DNA of 64,000 nucleotides. Origin: Eledone cirrhosa. Lineage: Eukaryota. Below are positions 1 to 11,789 of this stretch, piece by piece. Below the pieces are notes generated by a model. That model did no database searches and had not been told where the DNA came from. It saw nothing but the letters and a program-made list of their open reading frames with translations. The DNA is taken from contig OZ024764.1 in the NCBI GenBank assembly GCA_964016885.1, positions 25,420,001-25,484,000 of the forward strand, given 5' to 3'. Both the position numbers and the translations under genes were made by a program. The number at the start of each line of letters is the position of its first letter. Position 1 is the stretch's first letter.

Positions 1-148
1 CTTACTCAAAAGTGAGTTTTGATTAATTTTTTATACTGTAATATACGTTAACCCCTTGCCTTGGTCGTCAAACTTTGAGTTTATTTATTTTCGCCCCTTT
101 TTGGGGCGAATTTTCCAGTTAAAAATTTATTACAGCAAACTAATAGAA

Positions 149-1882
149 ATGGACGGAATTTTCACATCTCATCCTAACGTGAAAGCCACGCCCCCTAAGA
201 AAGGTGATACAGAGAAGCTAGAAGCACAAGGCTCTAAGTCTTCCCTCCTCACTTCTGCAAAAGAAACATGGAACACGGAATTAAAAGAAAAATTTGTAAA
301 AATGGGTGAAAACCCAGAAAGTCACATAAACGCAGACAAAAACAACAACGACAATAACAGCAATAGTCACAACACCAACCAAGGAAAAAATAACGATAAC
401 ACCAAACAAAGCGAACCCACTACTGGTGCCTCCTTTGCACAGGCGGTCCGGAAAACACAAACCTGCAAGCAACTGGACATTACAACTCTGAGAGAAAAGA
501 TGAAGGAAGCGAAACAGTATGTAACTTTCAAAGAAGGAGGAGACTTCACAATCACCTCCCCACAAGAAATCAAAAGAGACACGACGTTAAGAACGATATC
601 TTTCAGAACAATTTCCAACATAACAAGGAAACCAGCTCAATTATCCCAAAAAGAGATTGAGCTGGTCCTAAAAAATGTGTGGAGTGATATATCGTTCATA
701 CAAAAAGGGCCACTCTATGGGAATATAACGGTCCTAATGAAGGATCAATTGACGGCCAGGAAATACTCTGTGGCGCCAATTGTTTCCAAGCTACATACAT
801 TTTTCCCCACATATTTAGGGAAAAGAACGCAGAAAATAAGGGTCTCCGGAATCCGGCCAAATGCATGCATTTCCTGGGTACTAACAGGATTTTTAGAAGA
901 CGAGGACGGAATCCTTTCAGTAGGAGAAGTCACCACAGACGTTTTTGGCGGTTTGAGCGTGGAGGTTCTGGTCCAAATGAGACCAGAACGAATAGCTAGA
1001 ATACCACAGAGGGTGTCCCTCGATGGAGAAACATTTATATACATTTCAGCCAAGGGTAGGAGGCCCATATGTTACTACTGTTCAAGCAGGGGTCATCTAA
1101 GGGCTGCTTGTCCTCAATTGACAAAAAAAAAGGCTCTTTTGCCTACACCCCACACACCACCACCGCCACCACCACCACCTCCACAACCACCACCACAACA
1201 ACAACAAAAACAACACGAAAAAATAACACAAGACACGGCCCCACCCAAAACAACTCCCAAAACACACACAAATACAACAAAACCCCAAAATACACCACTA
1301 CCCGACAGCACGGACGAGGACCCAGCTGAAATGGCACCTAGTGACGAAGAGGGGGAACCCTTCCAACCTGTAAAAAGGAAAAAAAGAAAGCACCACTCGA
1401 ACATAAACGAAACAAACACACAACCACCAACAAAAACAAAACAAACAGAACAAACAAAATCCGCCCCACCCCAAAACATAACACATACAACAAAACGTAA
1501 GCACACACAAGAACAACAAACAAACACAACACAAATAAAACAGTATACATACATTAACACAAATAACAAAGAACTAGTAAAAACAATACACAAAGACCCT
1601 TCGGTGGAAACTGAAGGGCAATTCTTTGCAAGTGCGGCCAACAAACCGCATTTAAAAATGATAAGACTCCCAATGGACACCTATGCAAAACTAAGAGAGA
1701 ACTTTCCTGAGGACGTGGGGAAAACATGTACTCGACCCTATAACCGCGTCCTCTTGAAACGTTTCCCCACCCACACCTCACCAAACACCCCCACGCCACC
1801 ACAGAACAACACCCCACCAAACAACCCCTCCAATACGCCCATGGATATTGTGCAACCTGCTCCTCAGGAGCCGAACAGGTAG
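149..1882 (+). CDS. Tx1 ORF1, gag-like nucleic-acid-binding protein
   Basis: Open from ATG 149. Has the SFAQAV motif, the zinc knuckle CYYCSSRGHLRAAC, and a Pro/Thr/Gln-rich tail with a basic VKRKKRK patch. Confidence 0.85.
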   Translation: MDGIFTSHPNVKATPPKKGDTEKLEAQGSKSSLLTSAKETWNTELKEKFVKMGENPESHINADKNNNDNNSNSHNTNQGKNNDNTKQSEPTTGASFAQAVRKTQTCKQLDITTLREKMKEAKQYVTFKEGGDFTITSPQEIKRDTTLRTISFRTISNITRKPAQLSQKEIELVLKNVWSDISFIQKGPLYGNITVLMKDQLTARKYSVAPIVSKLHTFFPTYLGKRTQKIRVSGIRPNACISWVLTGFLEDEDGILSVGEVTTDVFGGLSVEVLVQMRPERIARIPQRVSLDGETFIYISAKGRRPICYYCSSRGHLRAACPQLTKKKALLPTPHTPPPPPPPPPQPPPQQQQKQHEKITQDTAPPKTTPKTHTNTTKPQNTPLPDSTDEDPAEMAPSDEEGEPFQPVKRKKRKHHSNINETNTQPPTKTKQTEQTKSAPPQNITHTTKRKHTQEQQTNTTQIKQYTYINTNNKELVKTIHKDPSVETEGQFFASAANKPHLKMIRLPMDTYAKLRENFPEDVGKTCTRPYNRVLLKRFPTHTSPNTPTPPQNNTPPNNPSNTPMDIVQPAPQEPNR

Positions 1883-1903
1883 GTCCTTCCTCTTTTAACC
1901 AAC

Positions 1904-4900
1904 ATGGCTGATATAAGAGTTGGGTGTCTGAATGTACGCGGCCTGGGACTGTCTTGGAAACAAGGCAAACTTTTAAACGATCTCAGGTCGCATAGAATGG
2001 ATGTAATGGCTATTTGCGAGTCCAGGATCAGCAGCGAGCACCAACTGGCGCCCCTCTTCAACGACTTTGAGATCTTCGCATCTCTCTGTCAACCGGGGGG
2101 TGGGGGTGGAGTTGTCGTTCTGCTGCGAAAACACCTGGGCCTCGCCATACAGAAGGTGAACCTGGACCCGGAGGGTCGACAGTAGTGAAAGTGGAGCCCT
2201 TAGACTAATAGCTGTGTACGCCCCTTTTTGGGCAGCGCGGCCGGAATACTTCCAACGTCTGGAAACTTTTCTGGGAACGTCCCGCTCCTTGCTTTTAGTG
2301 GGGGACTGGAATGGTATCCTGGATGCACGTTGGGACTATGTAGGGACATGTGCCAATAGAGGGGGGTGTAAAAGCCTCAAAAGGTTAATCGGCCGATTTG
2401 ACCTGGCCGATAGATATCGACTAGATTTTCCGACTGTACCACTATGGACGTGGACCAATCACAGTGGAACATCTAGGTCGTACCTAGATAGGGTCCTAGT
2501 TAGAGAGAAGGATAGGGACACATTTAGCTGTCCAAAAATGTTCATGGTTGACTATTCGGATCACAAGTTAGTGACCTGCATAGCCAACCTTGATAGAACC
2601 CATAAACAGGGACCCGGTTACTGGAAGCTGAACTTGTCCTTACCGAGAAGCAAAGCTTACAGTAAACGGATTAGCACGTTAGTTAAGCAGAGTTTGACAG
2701 GGGCAATTGTCAACAATAGGTGGTGGGGCTCTCTTAAGAGAGCAATTAGAATAGAATCGATAGGTTTTAGTCAGGAATTAGCAAGGGATAGGAACAAGAC
2801 GGAAAGGGAATTAGTAGATAGAGTAGAAGAGGCGATTAGGAGTGGCAATGTAGCCGGCGTGCTGGCATCAAGAATGGCCTTAGACCAGTTCTTTGAGGTG
2901 AAGCATGAAGGCTGCGTTGTCAGGAGTAAAATACGTGCTCTGGGTAATGAGGGAGCCAAAGCTGTGAGCTGGGCCCGAGTGACAGAGGCAAAAAGTGGGA
3001 ACAAGTCCACGATTCGGTCTTTGAAGGACCAGGATGGGCGTGTGATCCTTGAACCTGGGCAGATGTGTGCGGCCTTTCAGCGGCACTTTGCACGACTGTT
3101 CGAGAGGGGCGGCGCGCCGGGTGAGACTATGGATTTCAATCCATACCTCGACGGTCTGCCGCGCCTCTCAGACGCGAAGTTCCTGCGAAAGGACAATTTC
3201 AGCTGCTGAGATAGGGGCGGCGCTGAGCCAATGCGGCAAACGCAAATCCCCGGGTCTCGATGGTCTACCATACGAGCTATATGTAGCGATGCCGGACTTG
3301 TTCTCCGATATCCTCGAAGCGGTCTACTGCAACTGGCAGAAGAACGGGAGAATTCCAAGGGCGTAGTTACGCTGGTGAGGAAGGATGAGAACAAGGGGGA
3401 TGACATAAGTAACTTCAGGCCCATAACTCTGCTAAATACAGAGTTAAAGATTTTGGCCAAGGTGTTAGCGAAGAGGTTGGCGCTTGTCGTTGGAAACCTG
3501 GTGGGAGAAGCGCAGACATGCGCAATCCCGTCCAGGTCCATTCACGACAATCTCCACCTTATGCGATACATCATAGAGAGGGTAGGGAATGAACCCGGCT
3601 TTGGTGGGGCCCTGATCAACTTGGATCAATCTAAAGCTTTCGATAGGGTTGACCATCGTTACCTGGATGCAGTGCTCGCGGCGGCAGGCTTCGGACCCGT
3701 TTTCAGGGGTTGGATTGCTGCGATGCACAGCAGCAACGTCTGCTCAAGGGTCAAGGTGAACGGCCACCTCTCGGAGCCGTTCCAAATCATGCGATCCATC
3801 CGACAGGGATGCCCTCTCTCCTCCCTACTGTATGTGCTGGCTCTTGAGCCACTACTGCGGAAGTTGGAGCGGTTGCAGGGCATCCCTTTGGAACCAGGAT
3901 TGCAGAAAGCGGCGTCGGCCTACGCCGAGGACGTGACAGTAATGGTGTTGAAAACCTTGCAAATCGGTGAGATCGGCACCTTACTGGAGGAACATGAAAG
4001 GTTTACAGGAGCCAAGCTGAACCGGGACAAGTCCGTCGGTTTGCAACTCGGAACATGGAGAGGCAAACCGATGCCCTCCAACGACGTCGTCGGACGCTGG
4101 ACAGAGGGCCCGGTGAAGCTGCTTGGGGTCTGGTTCGGACCAGACCTCCAGGTGGAGAAAAACTGGAACGAGGTAACGGCCAGGGTGTTTGCACTCACCC
4201 AGACGTGGGCCCAGTGCAAACTATCCCTGAAAGGTCGAGCGGAGGTGGCGAATACTTATATAGCATCCGTCATCTACTACCGCTTGACCGTCGTGCCTTG
4301 CCCAGTGAAAAGACTCGCCAAAATGGAGTGCGCGCTGTTCCAATTTCTTTGGAACAAGCGGACCCCTTTGGTGAGGAGATCCATCTGCTGTCAACACCCT
4401 TCCAAAGGAGGGCTGGGGATGCCGTGGCTACAGATGCGTAAACACGCATTAAGGCTACGGCACCTCCAGGTATTCCTCACCGGTCAACCGGTGTGGGCCC
4501 CGTTTGTGAGGCGAGCCTTTCCCAGACTCGTCTCGCTCACCGAGCTGCAATCCTGGGTCAAGCAAAGACCGAGAAAAGTGGGCGACTGGCACATTGAATG
4601 TGCCCAGGCGCTCACGGCCCTCTGGAAAGCGGACCCGGCAATCAGTGGAGACTCCACCTCGACATTCTATAGAGGGTTGGTACGCAGCAGGTGCGACGAT
4701 GCTCTCGGAGAAGCTCTAGGCATGGAGGAAGATGAACTGGCCAGTCTGTTCGGTAGGACGTTTGGCTCTGGACCGATGGACAACTTCCAAAAGTCCCTGG
4801 CTTGGCAGTGCTACCGAGGGGCTCTACCCGTTCGAGACAAGCTCCACAGGCATGGGAGCCTGGGTAGAGATCCTTTGAATAAGATCTGTCCGAGATGCGT

Positions 4901-5303
4901 GCATGATGACGAAACCGTTGCACACGCATTCGTACACTGCCCAGGCATTGCTGACCTGTGGGGCTATGTGGAACGACTACTGTCGAGGGTGGGACCAATC
5001 CGGTTAACCACCGAGTCCATTGTCACGATCAAACCGCCTCCCCCTTTCAAAAACGAAGGAGAGGCGGTTTTTCTCTGTGTGATAGCCATGGCTAAAGAAG
5101 TTGTATGGTGGACGAGGCTGAAAGGGCTGAGGTCAGACACCTTTCTCTCCGGCCAACAACTGGTCCCCTTTTTCAAATACCATTTTAAAAGAAGGATCAG
5201 AATGGAGAGAGAGGTGCTCTACCCCAGCAAGTTTTATGAAAGGTGGGTGAAAGTAGGGAGAATGGCCAGAGTGAATGGGTCTTCTCTCTATATCAGCCTG
5301 TAG
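1904..5303 (+). pseudogene. Tx1 ORF2 (APE endonuclease-RT-CCHC), disrupted
   Basis: Motifs: CLNVRGL, VGDWN, SYLDR, SDH, GPGYWKLN, FRPITLLN, DQSKAFDRV, RQGCPLS, CPRC..ETVAHAFVHCP. Relative to copy B it has a 20-bp deletion at ~2180, a 13-bp deletion at ~3356, and YADD changed to YAED. It is also frameshifted at ~3177. Confidence 0.9.
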
Positions 5304-5541
5304 GTGAAAGAAGAGGAAAAAGAGGAGACGAGGGAAGCACCTACTCTTTGTGCTCCTGAGGAGAAGGGTTGCACATTTTTTCCGGGGTGTGTGCGACCCA
5401 TGTTAATGCCCCCTCCCTATTGAGGACTTCGTTTGTTGTTGTTATTTCATTGTTATATTTTTGTACTCGTTAATTATATGTAAACTTCCCCCCTTTGTAT
5501 CTGTCCCTACCTTTTGTGCCCTAGTGGCAAATAAAGAAACC

Positions 5542-6309
5542 ACTCTATATATACTATTGTATTGTCACAGTAAAGGCTTTACCTCACATAATATCTCACA
5601 TAACATTTACATTACTCTATATATACTATTGTATTGTCACAGTAAAGGCTTTACCTCACATAATATCTCACATAACATATACATTACTCTATATATACTA
5701 TTGTATTGTCACAGTAAAGGCTTTACCTCACATAATATCTCACATAACATTTACATTACTCTATATATACTATTGTATTGTCACAGTAAAGGCTTTACCT
5801 CACATAATACCTCACATAACATTTACATTACTCTATATATACTATTGTATTGTCACAGTAAAGGCTTTACCTCACATAATATCTCACATAACATTTACAT
5901 TACTCTATATATACTATTGTATTGTCACAGTAAAGGCTTTACCTCACATAATACCTCACATAACATTTACATTACTCTATATATACTATTGTATTGTCAC
6001 AGTAAAGGCTTTACCTCACATAATATCTCACATAACATTTACATTACTCTATATATACTATTGTATTGTCACAGTAAAGGCTTTACCTCACATAATATCT
6101 CACATAACATTTACATTACTCTATATATACTATTGTATTGTCACAGTAAAGGCTTTACCTCACATAATATCTCACATAACATTTACATTACTCTATATAT
6201 ACTATTGTATTGTCACAGTAAAGGCTTTACCTCACATAATATCTCACATAACATTTACATTACTCTATATATACTATTGTATTGTCACAGTAAAGGCTTT
6301 ACCTCACAT
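5542..6309. repeat. 72-bp tandem array (~10.7 units), internal to a TTAA MITE
   Basis: Unit ACTCTATATATACTATTGTATTGTCACAGTAAAGGCTTTACCTCACATAATATCTCACATAACATTTACATT. The 5461 ORF shows the matching 24-aa periodicity. Confidence 0.97.
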
Positions 6310-6485
6310 TATATTGAATCTATGAGATTTTGTTTTTATTTATTTTGAAAAAGTATGAGAGGCCAGTTACAGCTGGTTTGAACAGAAAGAGGTGAGAGAA
6401 TTCTGGCCAGATACAGCAGATTTAACCCTTTAGCATTTACATTACTCTATATATACACTGGCTGGTTTAAGTGCTAAAGGGTGAA
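6310..6485 (+). mobile_element. Right portion of the TTAA/CCC (piggyBac-like) MITE, plus a ~60-bp mini-MITE at 6422-6485
   Basis: Homologous to 60150-60287 and 44260-44388 (gagattttg...gtttgaacag...gtgagagaatt.tggc). TTAACCCTTTAGCATTTA at 6422 and TGCTAAAGGGTGAA ending at 6485. Confidence 0.75.
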
Positions 6486-6538
6486 GGAGGTTGTGTGAAA
6501 ACAACAACAAGTATAAGTATAATGATGACTCAACTGAC

Positions 6539-6721
6539 CTTTGACCCCTATGTTGTTGTCATTACTCAGCTTAATTTTGGTCAGCCACACCAGCAAGATG
6601 TACTCCAAAAAGAGCTTGTCACTCTTTGATATGTTAGTGAGATGATCAGCAAGTTGGTCAAGTGGTTGGAGGGTGATGGACTGGACGGTGAGGGAGGACG
6701 GCTGCGGTGGTTGGACGAAAC
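6539..6721 (-). CDS. Host gene exon 7 in window (FAM20/Fj/FAM198-like domain)
   Basis: ttgcag|GT TTC...AAA G|gtcagt; 183 nt, phase 1/1. Reads FVQPPQPSSLTVQSITLQPLDQLADHLTNISKSDKLFLEYILLVWLTKIKLSNDNNIGVK. Confidence 0.7.
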
Positions 6722-6734
6722 CTGCAATAGAATG

Positions 6735-7050
6735 GTATGGTGAGAAGGTGTTGTGGTGCCGGTATGGTGGTACTGCTGGTGATGTTGGTGGTAGTGTTAT
6801 GGTGATAGCATTGATGGTAGTAGTGATGTTGGTGCTGTGGTGATGGTGGTATCGGTGGTGGTAGTGGTGGTAGTGGTGGTAGTGGTGGTACTGCTGGTGG
6901 TAGTGTTATGCTGATGTTATGGTGATGGTTATGCCAAGGAAAATGAAGATGTTGGGGAAGTTGTTTTTGTTGATAGTATAATGTTGATGATGGTGTTGTT
7001 GATGTTGTTGGTCGTGGTTATGTTTGATGATGTAGTGGTTGTGGTAGCAG
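6735..7050. repeat. (GGT/GAT/GTT)n degenerate trinucleotide microsatellite
   Basis: Visible runs of ggtggtagtggtggtagt. Confidence 0.85.
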
Positions 7051-7173
7051 TGTGGAAAGAAAAGAATCAGCGGGGAAAACCCCAGACAAATGGTTTAAAA
7101 CAGATCATGAGTAGACCACGTGTAGATGAAGACCAGTTCAAAACAGGTTCAAGTCTAATAACACATCACTCAC

Positions 7174-7297
7174 CTTCTACAGACCCATCAATATCTGCCA
7201 GTTCTTGTAATTGTTGCAAATGTTTCTTGTTTTTGCTAATCCCTTGCAGAGATGCAGCAGACAAAACCATTTTAGCAACAGGGGGCGTATGGTACAG
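7174..7297 (-). CDS. Host gene exon 6 in window (FAM20/Fj/FAM198-like domain)
   Basis: tttcag|CTG...GAA G|gtgagt; 124 nt, phase 0/1. Reads LYHTPPVAKMVLSAASLQGISKNKKHLQQLQELADIDGSVE and continues the LDRLLG-LYHTPPV motif. Confidence 0.85.
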
Positions 7298-7334
7298 CTG
7301 AAACAGAGGACATTGGGTTTAGTATTTTATATTT

Positions 7335-8428
7335 AGATTTTTATAAGAACGTGATAAGAAATATTCTTGTTTTGCCGACCTTCAAAAGGTATATGACCGC
7401 ATTCCTGAGGACCTGCTGTGGAAGGCAGTGCAGGAGTATGGGAACATTGGTCAGCTTCTTGTTGTCCTGATGTTTCTATACGAATGCCCGAGTATTTGTG
7501 TTTGGATAAATGATGTTAAATTGAAACCATTCAATGTGGTAGTTGGACTCCACCAAGGGTGCGTACTGTCACCTCTCTTGTTCTTAATCTTCAGGAATAG
7601 GATTGACATGTGGGGCGGGGCTGGAAGTGGCATCATAACTGGCAGGAGTAAAATCAATTGGCTGGAATTTGCAGACAACATGGTGTTACTTAACTCGCCA
7701 GAAGTTGATCTCCAACTTGCACTCAATAAGTTTGATGCCAAGTGCTGCAAAAACTAAGACACTTATCCTCTGAAGGAAGCCTGCACAGTGCACTCTACAT
7801 GTGGAGTTCCACTGAAGCAGGTAGAGAAGTTCAAGTATCTCAGGGCCATGTTAATGAGTGATGGAAGGAGGCTGAATTAAGTGCAAGAATTGCAGGAGTG
7901 GTGCAGCAGTGCACCAGCTTCAGCATTCAGTAATCAGAAGAAGGGAGGTAGATGTAAAAGCCAAACTCGCTCTCTTCAATTCAGTTTTAGTGTCAACCCT
8001 TACCTATGGTCACATATCTTGGGTAATGACTGAAAGAATATGATCACAAAATGAGATCCCTCCGAAGGATCTTTGGAGTAGTGTTACTCGATAAAGTGCA
8101 TAACTCAGAGATCAGAGAGTCACTCCAGGTAGAGCCTCTACTTTTCTAAATTGAGAGATCATGGCTCTGATACTATGGGATGTGGTTAGAAAGTCTGAGG
8201 AAAGAATCGCTGGACAGATTTTACAGGCAAACCAACAAGTAGGAGACCCAGGGGTAGACCTCAAGCAAGATGGTTGGATAACATACATGAGCTTGGTTGG
8301 TCACACTTGGGGATCCAGCCAGATCAGTTGGGGATGGTTGCTTCTGACAAGACCTGCTGGAAGGAGTGTTTAAGGACTCTCCCCCCATGATCCTCTCAGG
8401 AATAAGTGGGCAAAGAAGAAGAAAAAGA
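7335..8428 (+). mobile_element. Old degenerate RTE-type LINE, RT to 3' end
   Basis: FADLQKVYDRIP, GLHQGCVLSPLLF and FADN motifs with many stops; GAA-rich tail. Related 3' ends at ~28330 and ~33830. Confidence 0.75.
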
Positions 8429-8821
8429 ACACGACGACCTATCTAGTTCTGGTGTCATGATAAAATGCATCTAGTACATATACATGCACCACCAGTGGCT
8501 GGTGTTAGGAAGGGCATCCAGCTGTAGAGACTATATCAAAGTGTTGAAAAGATTCCTTCATAGTATCAAGGATATACAACCTCCCTTGTGCTGGGTGCTA
8601 CAATGAAACACATCAATCAATAGGTTACACTTATTTTGTTGATATTTTAGCTTTCACACCCTCAAGGGTTCTGCGAATGGTTAAGATTTGACCAGTAATT
8701 GGTCGTCCTTTTTGAAATCCATTTTGATTTTCTTCTCAATACTTTGTGATTTATATACACCGAAAGAAAGAGGGGGAGACTGAGAATAGTTCAATGAAAT
8801 TAGTAAATGGTCAAACGTTAC

Positions 8822-9054
8822 CCCCAAGAGTCTGTCCAAGTTGTAGACTATCATGCCCCCTACATAGGAAGTCTTGCTGTTCTGTTGGCCCTTGAAGACA
8901 ACACTGCCTCGGTAGAGTCCATTTTGTGGTGGAACACCTTGAGCTGGGTCTGTCCAGTGGAGGTTGAGCAGGAACTGACCAGAGCTGCTCACTTCGTATG
9001 CTCTGTCTATGGAGGACTGACGCATTATTGTCAGCCATTGGTCCTCTGTTACTC
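8822..9054 (-). CDS. Host gene exon 5 in window (start of FAM20/Fj/FAM198-like kinase fold)
   Basis: ctacag|GA GTA...TTG GGG|gtaacg; 233 nt, phase 1/0. GSVVFKGQQNSKTSYVGGMIVYNLDRLLG resembles FAM20C ALFK...EIAAFHLDRIL. Confidence 0.85.
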
Positions 9055-9142
9055 CTGTAGATAAACAAACAGATAAATATATATATATATGAATATGTGT
9101 ATGTATGTATGTGTATATATATGTATGCGTATATATGTGTAT

Positions 9143-9532
9143 CATCATCATCGTTTAACGTCCATCTTCCACGCTAGCATGGGTTAGATGGGAGTGGTCC
9201 CACTTGAGGCAAGGTTCTTCGGGTGTCCGCGTCTCTCTCGTATAGGACTGTCTGGCAGGCTTTCTACGGCTGGATGCCCTTCCTAACACCAATCACATTT
9301 ACAGTGTTGACTGGGAACTTTTTACCGTGTTACCTACATGGCCACATTACAGTGTGGACTGTGTGTTTTGTCGTGACACCTACACGATCTCAATCTCATT
9401 ATCTCATTTATTTGGACTGGATGTTGTGGTACCAACTTTACAGAGAGAGGGTGGTGTTGGTGGGAGTGGGAGGATAGGGAAAGGGTAGTGGATTGGGGTG
9501 TATATTTGGTTAAGAGGTGCCTACTGACTGTA
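9143..9532 (-). mobile_element. RTE LINE 3' UTR/tail fragment with (GAT)n tail
   Basis: catcatcatcgtttaacgtccatcttccacgctagcatgggttag matches the tail of the RTE copies at 16888 and 59290. Flanked by TA/TG repeats. Confidence 0.8.
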
Positions 9533-9624
9533 GGTATGTATATATATGTATATATGTGTGTATATATGTATATATATGTATGTATGTGTATATATATGTA
9601 TATATGTATATATGTGTATGTATG

Positions 9625-10839
9625 CCGTTGGTGACTAAAACAACAACCCCACCAAGCAAGCTTGGTGAGGAGGGTGATATTTGTACACCCTGCGGGAGGA
9701 AATACAAGACCCTGCAAAGGGCAGAGGAACTCAGCAGAGACAAGGACCATCCAAATAGTACTCTTTTTTTTTACCTGGGCGTGAAAGGCCCCCAGCTGTT
9801 GTCACAACACCTTTCTAGGAGAAGGGAAACTCTGAAAAAGAAAACCTGTGGCTTCAGAAGCATCCGATGATGTTGACCAGTTATCCTTTTCTGGTAATGT
9901 CTTCGATGCTCAGAGAGTGGGATTGGTCGAGTGCAAGGCCTTTCCCCTCTTAAAAAACCTTCAAAGTACAGGCATTGCTTGTTGAGGGACTGTTACAGGT
10001 TTGTGTGGCTGGCCGTAGCCTAAAAGTGCACCAAACTCTATAACCTGACAAGCAATTGCAGCACTCTTAGCAGAGTTTGCAGCCATAATGTATATATAAG
10101 TATGTATGTATGTGTATATATATATGTATGTGTATATATATATGTATGTGTGTATATATATATGTATGTGTATATATATAAGTATATATATAAATATATG
10201 TATGTGTGTATATATGTGTGTATATATAGTTATGTCAGGTCACCAGTTGGTGCTACTGGTAACATGTATCCCAGTACAACCTGTCTCATGGTCGGGTCGT
10301 TGGCAACTAAACTGGCAACCCCACCAAGGTTTCTTGGTGAGGAGGGTGACTTTGGACATCCTGCAGGACTAAAAACAAAACCTGTTAAAAGGCAAAGGAG
10401 CTCTTAAGAGTCAATAGCCATCCAAAATCACTGGGAGAGATGACCCCTTAGCCTTTGTCAAGGCAGAATTCTAGGAGAAGGAAAACTCTGATATAACACC
10501 TGCAACCCTGATGGTATCCAATGATGTTGACTTCTTCTTCTTTTTGGTAAATATCATCTTGGTTAAGAGAGTGGGACTGGCTTTGTGCAGTGCCTTTGCT
10601 CACTATAAAAGCTTCACGGCACAGGCATTGCTTTATATCTGGAGATCTCTCTGCACTTGTCGTCACAGGGTACCATGGGCCCAGCACTATGTGTCAGTAA
10701 TTGTCACAAGTGTAGTGTTTGTACCAGAGTTTTCAAGTCACTGGCTGGACTAAAAAGTCACACTCGTTCTGCGCATCAGTAGGGGTTCTCCTACATGGAT
10801 ATAAAGTAGTGGCCATACTCGAAAACGAGTTGGCAGCCA

Positions 10840-10841
<2 letters not shown>
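9625..10841 (+). mobile_element. Two related interspersed-repeat fragments (9625-10090 and 10236-10841), probably LINE 5' regions
   Basis: Shared blocks caaccccacc..cttggtgaggagggtga, taggagaagg.aaactctga and gagagtggga.tgg. Also seen at ~16470-16790 and inverted at ~29755-29955. Confidence 0.5.
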
Positions 10842-10886
<45 letters not shown>

Positions 10887-10934
10887 ATTATAATGAAATG
10901 ACAGGAGGCTGGACTTGTGTAAATCCTTGAAAGG

Positions 10935-11012
10935 TTTATTATACTATGATCATTTCAATGACCGGGTTCCGTATGAATCCGGTGATATCATCAGGTATTC
11001 GAAATATAATAA
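10935..11012 (-). ncRNA. Minimal type I hammerhead ribozyme motif
   Basis: Reverse-complement copy of 11712-11789. Confidence 0.6.
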
Positions 11013-11558
11013 GTGAATGTAATAGATAAAATCCATGGGGCTGAAAAATCGAGGACCCGAGGGCGACCGCCATCCAGCAACTTCTACCTTTGCCGGTCGC
11101 CCTCGAGTGACGTGGCTAAAGCTTACAGTGTGCCTATATTTGACCGGTAGTAGTTGTTAAGATACGGGTCCCTTAGAATAACATTTTTTTCGCGACATTC
11201 CTGGCCTGACTGTAATACCGACCCTTCCTCCTCTTTCTTTCTGTCTTTCTTTTTATAGCTGACATTAACCCTGACTTCTCTTCTTCCTTTTCTTCCTTCC
11301 CCCTTCTTCTCTCTTCTTTTTTTCTTTCCCCCTTCTTCTTCAGTCTTCTTTCTTTCTTTCTTTCTTTCTTTCTTTTTTCTCATGGCACGATATTAACGCT
11401 GACTTATGTTCCTATCTCTTCCTGTTTTCTTTCATTTGACTGGTAGTATCACACTGTAAGCTTTAGCCACGTCACTCGAGGGCGACCGGCAAAGGTAGAA
11501 GTTGCTGGATGGTGGTCGTCCTCGGGTCTTTGATTTTTCAGCCCCATGGATTTTATAC

Positions 11559-11592
<34 letters not shown>

Positions 11593-11594
11593 GC

Positions 11595-11625
<31 letters not shown>

Positions 11626-11646
11626 CACATATATATATATACATAC

Positions 11647-11691
<45 letters not shown>

Positions 11692-11711
11692 CACTTATCT
11701 ATTACATTCAC

Positions 11712-11789
11712 TTATTATATTTCGAATACCTGATGATGTCACCGGATTCATACGGAACCCGGTCATTGAAATGATCATAGTATAATAAA
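11712..11789 (+). ncRNA. Minimal type I hammerhead ribozyme motif
   Basis: ATAC-CTGATGA-stem II (ACCGG/CCGGT)-GAAA-palindromic TGATCA-TA-GTAT. Confidence 0.6.

Larger units (their letters stand above)
1..5541 (+). mobile_element. Tx1/L1-clade non-LTR retrotransposon, copy A (5' end about 60 bp left of window)
   Basis: ORF1 with a CCHC knuckle, then ORF2 with APE-RT-zinc finger. The 3' UTR ends AATAAAGAAAC(C) with no polyA, directly against the 72-bp array. Collinear with copy B (position 1 = 51281). Confidence 0.93.

Noticed and set aside
56-148. N-terminal extension of ORF1 (and 51337 in copy B)
   Set aside because: It starts at TTG under a bacterial-style ORF caller. The first ATG is at 149 (51430 in copy B).
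5542-6309. 72-bp array as the LINE's own 3' tail
   Set aside because: The array also lies 5' of copy B, and a unit occurs in the LINE-free MITE at 44176.
5461-6348. 295-aa repetitive ORF as a Tx1 ORF3
   Set aside because: It is a stop-free frame of the 72-bp array, has a non-ATG start, and lies outside the element's 3' end.
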